Shown: piece after piece, positions 9,104 to 19,932 of the stretch | Layout of the letters: each line of letters begins with the position of its first letter | How positions within the stretch are numbered: the first letter of the stretch is position 1 | Assembly: GCA_963768335.1 (NCBI GenBank) | Contig: CAVYHR010000006.1 | Span: 1-64,000 of the forward strand | Direction of reading: 5' to 3' | Source of the DNA: an uncultured Peptococcaceae bacterium | GTDB taxonomy: Bacteria; Bacillota; DSM-12270; Thermacetogeniales; Thermacetogeniaceae | DNA length: 64,000 nt | The notes under the pieces: generated by a model | Told to the model about the DNA's origin: nothing | Seen by the model: the letters and a program-made list of their open reading frames with translations, nothing else | Databases searched by the model: none | Translations under genes and position numbers: made by a program

Positions 9104-10438
9104 TTACAGGGCCGGAAGGTTGATCCTGAACGTGCTGCCATGTCCGGGAGCGCTGTCGACTTCGATCCAGCCGCCATGCGCCCTGATGATGCCATAAGCC
9201 ACCGGCAAGCCCAGCCCGGTGCCCTGGCCCGGCCGCTTGGTGGTGTAAAAAGGCTCGAAGATGCGGGACCGGTTGGCCTCGTCTATGCCGGCGCCGGTGT
9301 CGGACACCGAGAGGCAAACAAATCTGCCGGGAACAACGCCCGCCTGTCCGGGACGGCCCGCGGCCACGTTTTCAGTCTTGATGGTGAGGGCGCCGCCATT
9401 CGGCATGGCATCCCGGGCATTCAGCACCAGGTTGGCGATCGCCTGGTCGAGGGCGGCGGTATCGGCGTTCACCTTCCATAGGTGGGGGCATGTCTCCAGC
9501 CTGATGTCAATGTTCCCGCCCAGCCACGCCCGGTCCACTGACGCTTTTGCGGGCGCATCCCGGCGCGGGCGCGGCAGCATCTTACCAATCTCATCCACTC
9601 TCTGATTCAGGTCTGTGGGAACCTTGAAGAGGGGTAACCGGCAACTGAACAGCAGCATCTGCCTGGTAAGATTGGCGCAGATCAGGGCGCTGTTCCTGAT
9701 CCTCGATAATGCCCGGTGCAGGGGATTATCCATGGAAAGCCCGGGCAGAAAGAGGTCGGTGCAGGCGCAGATCACCGTCAACTGGTTGTTCAACTCGTGG
9801 GCCATGCCTCCGGCCAGGCGGCCCACCGCCTCCATCTTCCCTGCCTGCAACCACCCGGCCTGAGACTGGAGTTCGTCTTCTCCCTGCCCGGGCGGGTTGA
9901 GCCTCTCCTCCTCTTTCCTGTGTCCGGAGATGTCACGAAGCGCCACCAGCACCGCCGGCTCCCCCTGGCAGGCGATCGTCCTGGCCTCGATCTCCACCCG
10001 TATCTCCTGCCCGGTCTTGGAAATGATCTTGACGGAAAAGGTCGACACCGACACTGCTCCACGACGGAGCGCCTCATACCCCTCTTTGACGATCTCCCGA
10101 AAATCCGGGGCTATGAGCCTCCACAGATCCACTTTTTTGAGTTCCCTCGCCGTATACCCGGCGAAGTCATGGGAGCACGGGTTGACCGGGCGCAGGCGGC
10201 TTCCCTGGATAATATAAATAAAAGCTGGCGACACTTCCGCCAGCAGCCTGTAATCGAGTAAGTCTTTCCTGAGGCCGGCCTCCCGTTTCCGGTGTTCCAG
10301 AATCTCCCTTTCCAATGCCTGGTTGACAGTTACCAGTTCCTGCAGGTGTTCCCTCAACTGCTCGGGGGAGTACTCACTGCCGAAACCGGTTTCTTCATGC
10401 ACCTGCCGGGGCATTGCATCCGGGACTCGCTCATCCAC
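9104..10438 (-). CDS. cytoplasmic PAS-domain sensor histidine kinase (HisKA + HATPase_c), no adjacent response regulator
   Basis: H-box MAHELNNQLTVI. N-box LVLNARDAM. G-boxes DTGAGI and GQGTGLGL. PAS-like region upstream. No TM segment. Confidence 0.85.
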   Translation of the reverse strand: MDERVPDAMPRQVHEETGFGSEYSPEQLREHLQELVTVNQALEREILEHRKREAGLRKDLLDYRLLAEVSPAFIYIIQGSRLRPVNPCSHDFAGYTARELKKVDLWRLIAPDFREIVKEGYEALRRGAVSVSTFSVKIISKTGQEIRVEIEARTIACQGEPAVLVALRDISGHRKEEERLNPPGQGEDELQSQAGWLQAGKMEAVGRLAGGMAHELNNQLTVICACTDLFLPGLSMDNPLHRALSRIRNSALICANLTRQMLLFSCRLPLFKVPTDLNQRVDEIGKMLPRPRRDAPAKASVDRAWLGGNIDIRLETCPHLWKVNADTAALDQAIANLVLNARDAMPNGGALTIKTENVAAGRPGQAGVVPGRFVCLSVSDTGAGIDEANRSRIFEPFYTTKRPGQGTGLGLPVAYGIIRAHGGWIEVDSAPGHGSTFRINLPAL

Positions 10439-10840
10439 CCTGTAAAGTCTCGATGGGCGTCTGTACGGAATAAATCCCCATTTCTCGACCTCCTTGCCGG
10501 AAATAATCGAGCCGTACCAACTATGCGTTTGTCTATTAGGCTATTTCGCCATAATAGGAAAAACTCCTGCATGTTTTCCTGATAAATTCTATATTCTCAC
10601 ATTCTTACATTTCAATTATAGCAGCCGTACATCTGTTTGTCAAATACCCTTTTCACCTTCCGGCGACTGTCCGTTCATTCTCCGGCCAAGCCGATGGATT
10701 TCCTGGGCAATACAATTGCCTATCAAAAAGATATTTCATATAATTGAACGAGTGGATTGAGGTGATCAAACTCTTTCCTGTCAGATACGCGCAACCGCGC
10801 CCAGGGGACGCCCGCCTGGGAGAGAAACGGAGGGAGAACA

Positions 10841-12472
10841 TTGTCCAAGCTGACTTTCTTGGGGGGAGCCGGCACTGTTACCGGTTCCTGTTTTCTGCTG
10901 GAGACCGGGAAGCTGAAGCTGCTTGTGGACTGCGGCATGTTCCAGGGCAACCGGGAGTTGCGCACGCGCAACTACCGCAACCTGGAGGTCCCGGTCCAAT
11001 CTATCGACTACATCCTGCTGACCCACGCCCACATCGACCACTCGGGGTTGATCCCCCGCCTGTTCAAGCAGGGCTTCCGTGGCAAGGTGCTGGCCACCAA
11101 AGCCACTATCGACCTCTGCGGGATCATGCTGCCAGACAGCGGCCACATCCAGGAGGTGGAGGCGGAGTGGGAGACCCGGAAAGCCAGGCGCCGCGGCGAA
11201 AAACACCTGGACCCGCTCTACACTGCCCAGGATGCCGAGAACTGCCTGCAATCCTTTACCGGAGTCTCCTACGGCCAGGAGGTGGCCCTGGATGATCAGG
11301 TGCGGGTGCGCTACCTGGATGCGGGGCACATCCTCGGCTCCGCCATCATCGAGGTCTGGATCAGGGAGGACGGCCAGGAGATCAAGACCGTCTTCAGCGG
11401 CGACTTGGGCAACAAGGGCACACCCATTGTCAGGGACCCCGCCTGGGTGGCGGAGGCGGACTACCTGCTGCTGGAATCCACCTACGGAGACCGCTTCCAC
11501 GAACCGGTGGCCAACGAGGCCCGGCGGCTTCAGGAGATCATCCTGGACACCGTCAAGCGAGGGGGCAACGTGATCATCCCCTCTTTCGCCGTCGGCCGCA
11601 CCCAGGAGATCCTCTTCTTCCTCGGAGGCATGTTCAAACACGGCGACCTGCCGCCGGTCCCGGTCTACATCGACAGCCCGCTGGCCGTCTCGGCCACGGA
11701 GATCTTTACCCGCAACCCGGACTGCTACGATGACGAGGTCAGGGCCAGCCTGAGCAGCGGCGACCCCTTCCACTTCCCCAACCTGACCTTCGTGCGTGAT
11801 GTCAAGGATTCCATCGCCCTCAACAACAATGAACGCCAGCGCAAGGTGATCATCTCCGCCAGCGGGATGTGCGACGCCGGCCGGATCAAGCACCACCTCA
11901 AGCACAACCTCTGGCGCCAGGATGCGTCGGTGGTCTTCGTCGGCTTCCAGGCCGAAGGAACCCTCGGCCGCCGGATCCTGGACGGCGAGAAAAAGGTCCG
12001 CGTCCTGGGGGAGCCAATCAATGTGGCGGCCAGGATCTATTCCCTGCAGGGCTTCTCCGCTCACGCCGATCAGAACGGGCTCCTGGACTGGGTCTCGCAC
12101 CTGGCCGGCAAACCCGGGCGCCTGTTCATCGTCCACGGTGAGGCGGCAGCCTCCGGCGCTCTCAGCAACCTGGTGGAACAGCGTTTCGGCATCTCCACGG
12201 TGGTGCCACGGGCCGGCGAGCAGTACCTGCTCACTCCCCGCGGCCTGGAACTGGCCAAGGCGCCCCTGCCCAGCGTGCATCCGGCCGGCCTGGACGCCAG
12301 GCAGCAGTTGCTGCTGGAGATCTTCCGGCTGGAGAAAGCGCTGGTTGAGGCCAAGGAAGACCTGCTACTGATGGAAAATGGGGATCCTGAAGCTGACATC
12401 TTGAAGAAGATGGTGCCGGAGCTGGGCGAGAAGATCGACGCCCTGCTGCAGGCCATCCCGAAAAGGGGATAA
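10841..12472 (+). CDS. MBL-fold metallo-hydrolase, beta-CASP family (RNase J/CPSF-like)
   Basis: TTG start with RBS GGAGGGAG. FLGGAGTVTGSC, LLTHAHIDHSG (HxHxDH), downstream D/H motifs. C-terminal ~100-aa coiled-coil extension. Confidence 0.8.
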   Translation: MSKLTFLGGAGTVTGSCFLLETGKLKLLVDCGMFQGNRELRTRNYRNLEVPVQSIDYILLTHAHIDHSGLIPRLFKQGFRGKVLATKATIDLCGIMLPDSGHIQEVEAEWETRKARRRGEKHLDPLYTAQDAENCLQSFTGVSYGQEVALDDQVRVRYLDAGHILGSAIIEVWIREDGQEIKTVFSGDLGNKGTPIVRDPAWVAEADYLLLESTYGDRFHEPVANEARRLQEIILDTVKRGGNVIIPSFAVGRTQEILFFLGGMFKHGDLPPVPVYIDSPLAVSATEIFTRNPDCYDDEVRASLSSGDPFHFPNLTFVRDVKDSIALNNNERQRKVIISASGMCDAGRIKHHLKHNLWRQDASVVFVGFQAEGTLGRRILDGEKKVRVLGEPINVAARIYSLQGFSAHADQNGLLDWVSHLAGKPGRLFIVHGEAAASGALSNLVEQRFGISTVVPRAGEQYLLTPRGLELAKAPLPSVHPAGLDARQQLLLEIFRLEKALVEAKEDLLLMENGDPEADILKKMVPELGEKIDALLQAIPKRG

Positions 12473-12655
12473 GTTTAAGAGATTTCCCACGATGAGTAAC
12501 CCCCTTCGGCAGCCTCTTCAGCGGCAGTCTCGCCCACTTCTGGGGGGCGCCGGCCACCATCGCCACCGGGGCGGCTATCGGCCTGCTGTCCCTGATCACC
12601 ATGATCATCCGGGAACGCCGGCAGTGGTCGCCAAAGCCCGGCGACAGCCCGCGTT

Positions 12656-14164
12656 CTACCTCTGGGAGATCCACTCCCGGCAGGCGGCGGCAAATCGGGC
12701 GGCAGCCCGGGGGTTGGCGGCGAAATGGAAGTGAAAGTAGGAGGCCAGCAGGCTGCCGTCGGCATAGCCGTCGTTGCCGGTGCGACCGTCCCCCTTGCGG
12801 AAGGTGAACGCCCAAGGGAAGGGTTCCCTGGATGGAATGAACGAGGAGTAGTGAAACTCGTGGCCGCGCAGCGCATCCCCCTTCTGGCAGAGGATATTCC
12901 GGCCCTTGGCCTCGGCGGTGACGTAGCCCATGCCCACCAGGCGCCCGGCCATGCGGCAGCGGCCCGGCGCCAGGCCGACCATCGGGTGGTCGCGGCCGTC
13001 CAGGTCGCCGAGCGATTCGCAGAGGTACATGAAGCCCCCACACTCGGCGTAGATCGGCAGACCGGCAGCGTGTGCCCGGCGCAGGCTGTCCTTCATGCCC
13101 TCATTCCCGGCCAGTTCCCGGGCGAACACCTCGGGAAACCCGCCGCCGATCAGGACACCGGCGACGCCATCGGGAAGCGAGCGATCCTGCAGCGGACTGA
13201 AGGATACCAGTTCGATGCCGTGCCAGGATAACAGATCCAGCCCGTCCCGGTAATAGAAGTTGAAGGCAGCGTCCCAGGCCAGGGCCACCTTCACCAGGCG
13301 CTCACTCCCCACCGCAAACGCTACTGATGCGCCGGGCTGCTGGTTTTTATGACCGGTTCCCGCCGCTGTACTGGTACGGCGGCTGACCATCCGTTTGCTA
13401 GACAGCAAACGCTGGCGCCCGCGGTAGGCCCGAAAGATTGACGGCGCCGACTCTGCCACCGCCAGGATCGCTTCCAGGTCCACCTGCCGGACGACCTCCT
13501 GCGACAACTCCCTGAGCAGTGGGTCGGACTCCCGTTGCTCCGGCACCGGCACCAGCCCCAGGTGCCTTTCCGTCAGACGGGGCAGGCTCCCGTCCCGGAC
13601 CGCTCCCAGGACCGGTATCCCCGCCTCACAGAAACCCGCCTGCAGCATCTCCAGATGCCGTTCCCCGGTGTAGCGGTTGAGGATCACCCCGGCCAGCCGC
13701 AGGTCCGGGTCAAAGCTGCGGCAGCCCAAAAACTCCACCACGGCGCTGCGGGCCTGGCTGCGCACGTCCAGTACCAGCACCACCGGGCAGCCCAGGAGCT
13801 TGGCCACCTGGGCGCTGCTTGCCTGCTCTCCCTGGCCGCGCAGGCCGTCGAACAGGCCCATCACACCCTCGATCACTGCAATATCGGCGTCAGCCGCAGC
13901 CCTGCAGAAATATGACCGCACCTGGCCGCAGGAAAGCATCCAGGTATCCAGGTTGCGCGACCAGCGCCCCGTGACCGCGGTGTGGAAACTGGGATCGATA
14001 AAGTCCGGCCCCACCTTGAAGCCCTGCACCCGGCAACCCCGGCTGGCCAGCGCCCCCATCAGGCCGGTGGCGATACTGGTCTTGCCGGAACTGCTCCGGA
14101 CCGCGGCGATCATCACCCGCGGCGCCCGGCTCCCTCTAACGGTATTTCCAGCATCATCGCTCAT
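12656..14164 (-). CDS. cbiA: cobyrinate a,c-diamide synthase
   Basis: VMIAAVRSSSGKTSIATGLMGAL... P-loop N-domain. C-terminal GATase region (ECGGFMYL). Confidence 0.85.
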   Translation of the reverse strand: MSDDAGNTVRGSRAPRVMIAAVRSSSGKTSIATGLMGALASRGCRVQGFKVGPDFIDPSFHTAVTGRWSRNLDTWMLSCGQVRSYFCRAAADADIAVIEGVMGLFDGLRGQGEQASSAQVAKLLGCPVVLVLDVRSQARSAVVEFLGCRSFDPDLRLAGVILNRYTGERHLEMLQAGFCEAGIPVLGAVRDGSLPRLTERHLGLVPVPEQRESDPLLRELSQEVVRQVDLEAILAVAESAPSIFRAYRGRQRLLSSKRMVSRRTSTAAGTGHKNQQPGASVAFAVGSERLVKVALAWDAAFNFYYRDGLDLLSWHGIELVSFSPLQDRSLPDGVAGVLIGGGFPEVFARELAGNEGMKDSLRRAHAAGLPIYAECGGFMYLCESLGDLDGRDHPMVGLAPGRCRMAGRLVGMGYVTAEAKGRNILCQKGDALRGHEFHYSSFIPSREPFPWAFTFRKGDGRTGNDGYADGSLLASYFHFHFAANPRAAARFAAACREWISQR

Positions 14165-15710
14165 CCTTGTTCCCCCACGGCCCGGTCAGCCCCAACAGGC
14201 CGTAAATCGCCTTCATGTCCAGGCGGGCACGGCTTTCCGCCGCCAGCCGGTCCAGTTCCTGGTCCAGCAACGCCTGGCTGGGCAGGCCCTGGCCGGCCAG
14301 TTCGTCCAACCCCCGCCGCTGACGCAGCCAGCCCAGCAGCCCGGCCCGGAAGCGGTCGTTGTCGAAGATACCGTGGAAGTAGGTGCCCCAGACCAGACCC
14401 GTGGGCGCCACCGCCCCGTCGTGGCCGGAGGCCGGCTGGCCGCTCCGGCGGGTCACCTCCAGGAAGGGTTTGGCCTCCGTTCCGAGCACGGTGCGCCCCA
14501 TGTGGATCTCGTACCCGGCAACCTCCTGCCCGGCAGACTGCCCAAGCAGCGGGCCGACGGCGCAGAGCCGCCCCTCCGCCTGGGCCAGCACCTTATCGGC
14601 GGCAAAGGTGGTCGCCACGTCCAGCAGCCCCAGCCCCGGCAGTTCATCCCGGGTGGACTCGGTATGCTCCGGATCGTGCAGGTCCCGGCCAAGCATCTGG
14701 TAGCCGCCGCACAGCCCGCAGACCGGCACCCCCCGGGCAGCAGACTGCCTGATGGCGGCAGCGTGGCCGGTCTCATAGAGGTAGAGCAGGTCCTCGGTGG
14801 TGTTCTTCGTTCCCGGGATGATGATCAGGTCCGGATCCCCCAACCGGTCTCCCTCCCTGACGTAGCGAACGCGGACGCCGGGCTCCAGGGCCAGGGGGTC
14901 GAAGTCGGTGAAATTGGAGATGCGGGGCAGGTAGACGACGGCGATCTCGATCTCCGCCGGCCCCGTCCGGGCGGCATCCTCCAGGCAGACCGAGTCCTCC
15001 GCCGGGAGGTTGAGGTTCAGGTAGGGCAGCACCCCCAGCACCGGCTTCCCGGTCCTCCGCTCCAGAAAGTCCAGGGCCGGCTCCAGCAGCGAGATATCCC
15101 CCCGGAACTTGTTGATGATGATCCCCCGCACCAGTTGCTCCTCCTCCGGCTCCAGCAGGGCCAGGGTGCCCACCACCGCGGCCAGGGCGCCGCCCCGGTC
15201 GATGTCCGTCGCCAGCAGCACCGGCGCCTCGGCCATCCTGGCGATGCGCATGTTGGCGATGTCCCGGTCCTTGAGATTGACCTCGGCCGGGCTGCCGGCG
15301 CCCTCGATGACGATGATCTCGTACTCCCGGTGCAGCTTCGCCAGGGTCTCCCCGATGATCCGCAGCAGGTCCATGTTCTTGCCCAGGTGATAGTCCCGGG
15401 CGGACATGTTCCCCACCGGCTTGCCCAGCACGATCACCTGGGAGGCGGCGTTCCCGGTCGGCTTCAACAGCACCGGGTTCATCTCCACCTGTGGCGCCAG
15501 GCCGCAGGCCTGGGCCTGGAGCACCTGGGCGCGCCCCATCTCCCCGCCGCCGGCGGTGACGAAGGAGTTGAGGGCCATGTTCTGGGACTTGAAGGGCGCC
15601 ACCCGATAGCCATCCTGCCGGAAGATCCGGCAGAGGGCGGTGACGATGATGCTCTTGCCCACATTGGAGCCGGTCCCCTGCACCATGATCGCTCTAGCCA
15701 TGCTGTTCAC
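14154..15710 (-). CDS. cobQ: cobyric acid synthase
   Basis: IMVQGTGSNVGKSIIVTAL... and a C-terminal GATase domain. Overlaps the cbiA start by 11 nt. Confidence 0.9.
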   Translation of the reverse strand: MNSMARAIMVQGTGSNVGKSIIVTALCRIFRQDGYRVAPFKSQNMALNSFVTAGGGEMGRAQVLQAQACGLAPQVEMNPVLLKPTGNAASQVIVLGKPVGNMSARDYHLGKNMDLLRIIGETLAKLHREYEIIVIEGAGSPAEVNLKDRDIANMRIARMAEAPVLLATDIDRGGALAAVVGTLALLEPEEEQLVRGIIINKFRGDISLLEPALDFLERRTGKPVLGVLPYLNLNLPAEDSVCLEDAARTGPAEIEIAVVYLPRISNFTDFDPLALEPGVRVRYVREGDRLGDPDLIIIPGTKNTTEDLLYLYETGHAAAIRQSAARGVPVCGLCGGYQMLGRDLHDPEHTESTRDELPGLGLLDVATTFAADKVLAQAEGRLCAVGPLLGQSAGQEVAGYEIHMGRTVLGTEAKPFLEVTRRSGQPASGHDGAVAPTGLVWGTYFHGIFDNDRFRAGLLGWLRQRRGLDELAGQGLPSQALLDQELDRLAAESRARLDMKAIYGLLGLTGPWGNKDER

Positions 15711-15754
15711 CCCTTGAGGTCGGAGGCAGGAAGTCTTCCCACCTCTGAATTCTG

Positions 15755-16921
15755 TTACAGTCCGGGCCGGCCTGCGGCCAGCGCCAGCAAGGCATTGACG
15801 ACGGACACCGCCACGGTGCTGCCGCCCTGGTTCCCGATCATGGTGATGTAGGGCACCTCCTGGCCGGCCAGCCGGGCCTTGGCCTCGGCGGCGCCCACAA
15901 ACCCCACCGGCGTGCCCACGATCAGAGCCGGCCGGAAACCGGCCTCGCTCTGCCTGAGCACCTCGGCCAGGGCGGTGGGGGCATTGCCGATCACCGCCAC
16001 ACCGCCGGTTAAAAGCTGGCGAAACGCCCGTACCCCCATCATCGACCGGGTCAGGCCCTGCTCCTTGGCGAGGGCGGTGGTGCGCGGGTGATGGGTCATA
16101 CAGACCACGCGGCCGCCATACCCCCGCAGGGCGGCCCTGTTGATCCCCATCTTCACCATCCGCACGTCGGTGAACAGCGTCGCTCCCGCCCTAATGGCAG
16201 CCAGGCCGGCCTCCACGGCCGCGGGATGAAAGCGCAGCAGGTGGGCGGCGTCCGGATTGCCCATGGCGTGCACCACCCGCCGCACGATCTCCCCCTCCCG
16301 GGGCGGGAACTGCTCCAGGTAATGCAAACCCAGGGATGACTCGATCAGGCTCCGGCTGCGGCTGGTGATATGCTCGGGGTCCGTGAGCCCGTCCTGCTCC
16401 GCTCCCTCCGCGCCCAAAGGGCACCCGGCCGGGTCCAGTGCCACCTTGATTGCGAGCGTAGCGAGCCGCGCCCGGCCCACTGGAACCGGCGCCGACGCTT
16501 GCGGGCGCGGCGCCCGGCACGGAGGACCTGGCGCGGCGCCGTCTTCCGGCATCCCGGCAACCGCGGCATGCACCCGCTCCACGACGATCTCCGCCAGGCG
16601 CGGGTCGGGCCCGAAGCCCTCGGTCAGGATCAGGCGCACCCGCTCCCCGTACCGGGCCTCGAGTTCACCCAGGGCGGCGGGGATATCCTCCTTCAGGTGT
16701 ACGCCCGGAAAGAGCAGGGCCGGGACGACGACAATCTCCGTCACTCCTTCATTGACAAAGCGCTCCACCGTATCCGCCAGGTTCGGCCGTTCGAACTGGA
16801 AGTATGCCGGCAACACCCGCATCCCCAGTCCGGCCTGAACCAGTTCGGCCAGCGTCACCAGCCCGAGGTTGGCCGTACTGCGCCTGCTCCCATGGCCGAG
16901 CAGCAATATTCCTCTTTTCAT
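15755..16921 (-). CDS. fusion of CbiX (sirohydrochlorin cobaltochelatase, small form) and CbiC/CobH (precorrin-8X methylmutase)
   Basis: N-term: ILLLGHGSRRS...EIVVVPALLFPGVHL (CbiX). C-term: VRMVKMGINRAAL...ALIVGTPVGFVGAAEAK...ITMIGNQGGSTVAV (CbiC). A low-complexity linker separates them. Confidence 0.75.
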   Translation of the reverse strand: MKRGILLLGHGSRRSTANLGLVTLAELVQAGLGMRVLPAYFQFERPNLADTVERFVNEGVTEIVVVPALLFPGVHLKEDIPAALGELEARYGERVRLILTEGFGPDPRLAEIVVERVHAAVAGMPEDGAAPGPPCRAPRPQASAPVPVGRARLATLAIKVALDPAGCPLGAEGAEQDGLTDPEHITSRSRSLIESSLGLHYLEQFPPREGEIVRRVVHAMGNPDAAHLLRFHPAAVEAGLAAIRAGATLFTDVRMVKMGINRAALRGYGGRVVCMTHHPRTTALAKEQGLTRSMMGVRAFRQLLTGGVAVIGNAPTALAEVLRQSEAGFRPALIVGTPVGFVGAAEAKARLAGQEVPYITMIGNQGGSTVAVSVVNALLALAAGRPGL

Positions 16922-16961
16922 AACCGGTGTCCCCCTTGCTTTTTCAGACAGCTTCCGTGAA

Positions 16962-17882
16962 TCAGAGCTTCAGGCTTCTGAGATCAGGCAGACTGGCCGC
17001 CCAGTCCAGGACATCCTCCTGACACCGGGCAACCCGGACCGGCCCCCCTTCGGGAAGCAGATCCCGCTCCCCGCCGTCCCAGGCGCCCTCAGGGCGCGGG
17101 CGCCCCACCACCACCACCGGGATGTTCAGGTTCAGGGCGGCCCGCACCTTCTCCGTCGTACCCCCCTCGTCTCCGCTCTCCTTGACCACGAAGGCTTCAG
17201 CGCCGCAGGCCTCCAGCAGGGCCTCGTTGAGCCTTACCGTGCCCGGCCCCTGGAAGGCGACGATCTGCCCCGGACTCAGGCCGAGACGGCGGCAGGCATC
17301 CAGGGATTCGGATACGGGCAGCACCCGTACCGTGAACCGGCAGCCGGCCAGGGCGGGGTGATTGATGATGGCGCTCAGCGGCTTCACCCCCACCGCCAGG
17401 AAGACCTGCCTGGCGCCCAGGGCCGCCAACTGTTCGGCCGCCTCCGGCCAGCCGGATACTACATGCACCAGCGGGCTGTCAGGCAAAGCTGCCGGCGGAC
17501 GTTCCCAGCGCAGGCAGGGAATGCCGCAGTTCAGGGCCGCCTCCCGGGCCAGGCGGGACACCTCCACCGCGAAGGGATGGGTGGCGTCCAGCAGGCCCTG
17601 CACCTGCCCAGATCGCAGCAACTCCTCCAGGGCCGCCCGGTCCAGCCGCCCCTCCCGCACCGCCAGGCCCGGGGCTGCGGTGCGCAGCACCTCGGCGCCG
17701 TAAGGCGTGGCTGCGCTGGCCAGCACCTGCCAGCCGGCTGCCGCCAGGACCGCCGCCAGGTCCCTGCCGTCCCGGGTTCCCGCCAACACCAGAATCATCG
17801 TCGTACGTCGGACTTCGGACGTCGGAATTTGCATGTCTTTTTGAATGCCTTCCTTATTGGGTGTTGGTTTTTTTCCAACCAC
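16962..17882 (-). CDS. cbiJ: cobalt-precorrin-6A reductase
   Basis: MILVLAGTRDGRDLA... The true start is probably the internal Met near 17798. Confidence 0.8.
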   Translation of the reverse strand: MVGKKPTPNKEGIQKDMQIPTSEVRRTTMILVLAGTRDGRDLAAVLAAAGWQVLASAATPYGAEVLRTAAPGLAVREGRLDRAALEELLRSGQVQGLLDATHPFAVEVSRLAREAALNCGIPCLRWERPPAALPDSPLVHVVSGWPEAAEQLAALGARQVFLAVGVKPLSAIINHPALAGCRFTVRVLPVSESLDACRRLGLSPGQIVAFQGPGTVRLNEALLEACGAEAFVVKESGDEGGTTEKVRAALNLNIPVVVVGRPRPEGAWDGGERDLLPEGGPVRVARCQEDVLDWAASLPDLRSLKL

Positions 17883-17956
17883 TAAAACTCACCACCATCT
17901 AGTCATGAGCTTTTAGTAGTTTGGCCTTAACCTCGAGAGGGCCAATTACTCATCAC

Positions 17957-18796
17957 TCATTGCTCATCACTGATTTTATAGCCCCTGGGGGTTACCATGA
18001 AGCCGTCCCTGGTATAGGTCTGGCTGTTCCCCACCAGGACCACCGATTGCATGTCAATCTCCACTGACAGGAACCGCTCCAGGTCCGAGAGGATGACCTG
18101 CTGACCGCTGCGCCCGGCGCCGGTGACCACCCCCACCGGGGTATCCGGCTTCCGGTGCCTGAGCAGGACATCCCTGGCCTCCTCGATCTGGGTGACCCTC
18201 CGCCTGCTCTTGGGATTATAGAAGACCACCACGAAATCACCCCAGGCGGCGGCCTCGATCCGCCGCCCGATGACCTCCCAGGGCGTCAACAGATCGCTCA
18301 GGCTGATCACCGCGAAGTCGTGCATCAGCGGCGCTCCCAGCAGAGCGGCCGCAGCCGAAGCGGCGGTGATCCCCGGCACCACCCGGAAGTCCACCTCCGA
18401 CTGCCTGCCGGTGCCCAGCAGCACCTCCAGCACCAGGCCGGCCATGCCGTAGACCCCGGCATCCCCGCTGCTGACCACCACCACCCGGCGCCCGTCCAGG
18501 GCGTGATCCACCGCCAGGCGGGCGCGCTCCACTTCCTGGCGCATGCCGCTGCCCAGGGTGAGGCCCCCGGGCGGGAGAATATCCTTTAAAAGCTGCAGAT
18601 AGGTGCGGTAGCCGACGATCACCCCGGCGGAGGCCAACTCCCCGGCGGCGCCATAACTCAGGTGCGCCTGATCGCCCGGCCCGATGCCGACCACAGCAAG
18701 CCGGCCTCGGCCAGGGCCACCGTGACCCGGTTGAACTTGGTCTTCCGAAGCACCAGGACGCCGTCCGGAACCGCCGCCAGCGCTGCTGTCTCGCAT
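17957..18796 (-). CDS. cbiH: cobalt-factor III / precorrin-3B C17-methyltransferase
   Basis: VVGIGPGD...VVVSSGDAGVYGMAG...DLLTPWE...VVVFYNP. The N-terminus of the track ORF is probably over-extended. Confidence 0.85.
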   Translation of the reverse strand: MRDSSAGGGSGRRPGASEDQVQPGHGGPGRGRLAVVGIGPGDQAHLSYGAAGELASAGVIVGYRTYLQLLKDILPPGGLTLGSGMRQEVERARLAVDHALDGRRVVVVSSGDAGVYGMAGLVLEVLLGTGRQSEVDFRVVPGITAASAAAALLGAPLMHDFAVISLSDLLTPWEVIGRRIEAAAWGDFVVVFYNPKSRRRVTQIEEARDVLLRHRKPDTPVGVVTGAGRSGQQVILSDLERFLSVEIDMQSVVLVGNSQTYTRDGFMVTPRGYKISDEQ

Positions 18797-19887
18797 ACGT
18801 TACCAACTCCCAACTGCTGTTGTACAAACATCGAGTGCTCCAGGCCGGGATGAGACTCGTATACCTGTCCCAGGCGCCCACTGGTGAAGAACTCCAGGCT
18901 GAGCCCCATGCGCCCGGCAGTTTCCAGGAGGCCGGCCTCGTCCTCCTTGACCTCGTGGGTTGCCAGCACGCCCAGGCTGTCCCGGCTGCGCCCGGCAATC
19001 CGCAGCGCCTCCTCCACGGCGGCCTCGATCTCCGCCGCCTCGACCCCCCGCCGGCAGCCAATGCCCGCCGCCAGGCTCAGCGGCCGCAGAAAGACCCCCC
19101 GGGGCGGCAGCGCCAACAGGCGGCTGGTGACCAACACCGGCGCCGGCTGCCCCCGATCCGGGCCGCCCTGTTCCAACTCCTGCAAGCTGCGACAGGGGAT
19201 TGACTCCAGGCCGGGTATGCTGTCATCCTGATTCAGGGGTCTGTCTCCGGACAGATCCCACTCGCTGAAGATCTCCACCCGCTCGCCTGCAAGCAAGGCG
19301 CTGTTGACCACCTTGACCCGGGCGCCGGGAACGGGCCGGAATCCCCACTGCTTTGCCAGCAGGTCGATGGCAGGCTTGCCCCGCACGTCCGTGGCGGTTG
19401 TGACCACGGGCACCGCTCCCAGGCAGGCAGCCACCTCCCGGGCCAGGCGGTTGGCGCCCCCCCAGTGGCCTCCCACCAGGCTGACGGCAAAATTGCCGCC
19501 CTCATCCACCACCACCACCCCGGGGTCACACCATTTGCTCTGCAGCAGCGGCGCCACCAGGCGCACCACGATCCCCACGGCCATGATCAAGACGAAACTG
19601 TCATAGCGGCGCCAGAGATCCGACACCATGGCGGATAGGGGCTGGGCAGCCTCCAGCACCTCCAGCCGGTCGCCGCCCATGGCGCCGTCCCCGCTGCCGG
19701 GCGCCGCCGCCTGCGGCCAGTCCTGCTCCAGCCGGCGGGCCAGGCCGCCCCCGGAGGGAGTGAGGTAGATCACGGCGATGCGCCGCCCCCCGGATGCGGA
19801 TGCCTGATCCAGGGACCATCCGGGCTGGCGATTCGCCGGCTTCTGCTGTTCAAGCTGTTGATGTTGTAGCCTTTTCGCCTCGTTCAT
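18658..19887 (-). CDS. cbiG: cobalt-precorrin-5A hydrolase
   Basis: CbiG N-, middle and C-domain signatures (IAVIYLTPSGGGLARRL..., GVVVVDEGGNFAVSLVGGHWGGANRLAREVA...). Overlaps the cbiH track ORF by 138 nt. Confidence 0.8.
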   Translation of the reverse strand: MNEAKRLQHQQLEQQKPANRQPGWSLDQASASGGRRIAVIYLTPSGGGLARRLEQDWPQAAAPGSGDGAMGGDRLEVLEAAQPLSAMVSDLWRRYDSFVLIMAVGIVVRLVAPLLQSKWCDPGVVVVDEGGNFAVSLVGGHWGGANRLAREVAACLGAVPVVTTATDVRGKPAIDLLAKQWGFRPVPGARVKVVNSALLAGERVEIFSEWDLSGDRPLNQDDSIPGLESIPCRSLQELEQGGPDRGQPAPVLVTSRLLALPPRGVFLRPLSLAAGIGCRRGVEAAEIEAAVEEALRIAGRSRDSLGVLATHEVKEDEAGLLETAGRMGLSLEFFTSGRLGQVYESHPGLEHSMFVQQQLGVGNVCETAALAAVPDGVLVLRKTKFNRVTVALAEAGLLWSASGRAIRRT

Positions 19888-19932
19888 GCCGCCCCGTCCT
19901 CACCATCATCAAACCTGCCGCCATCTCGGCGC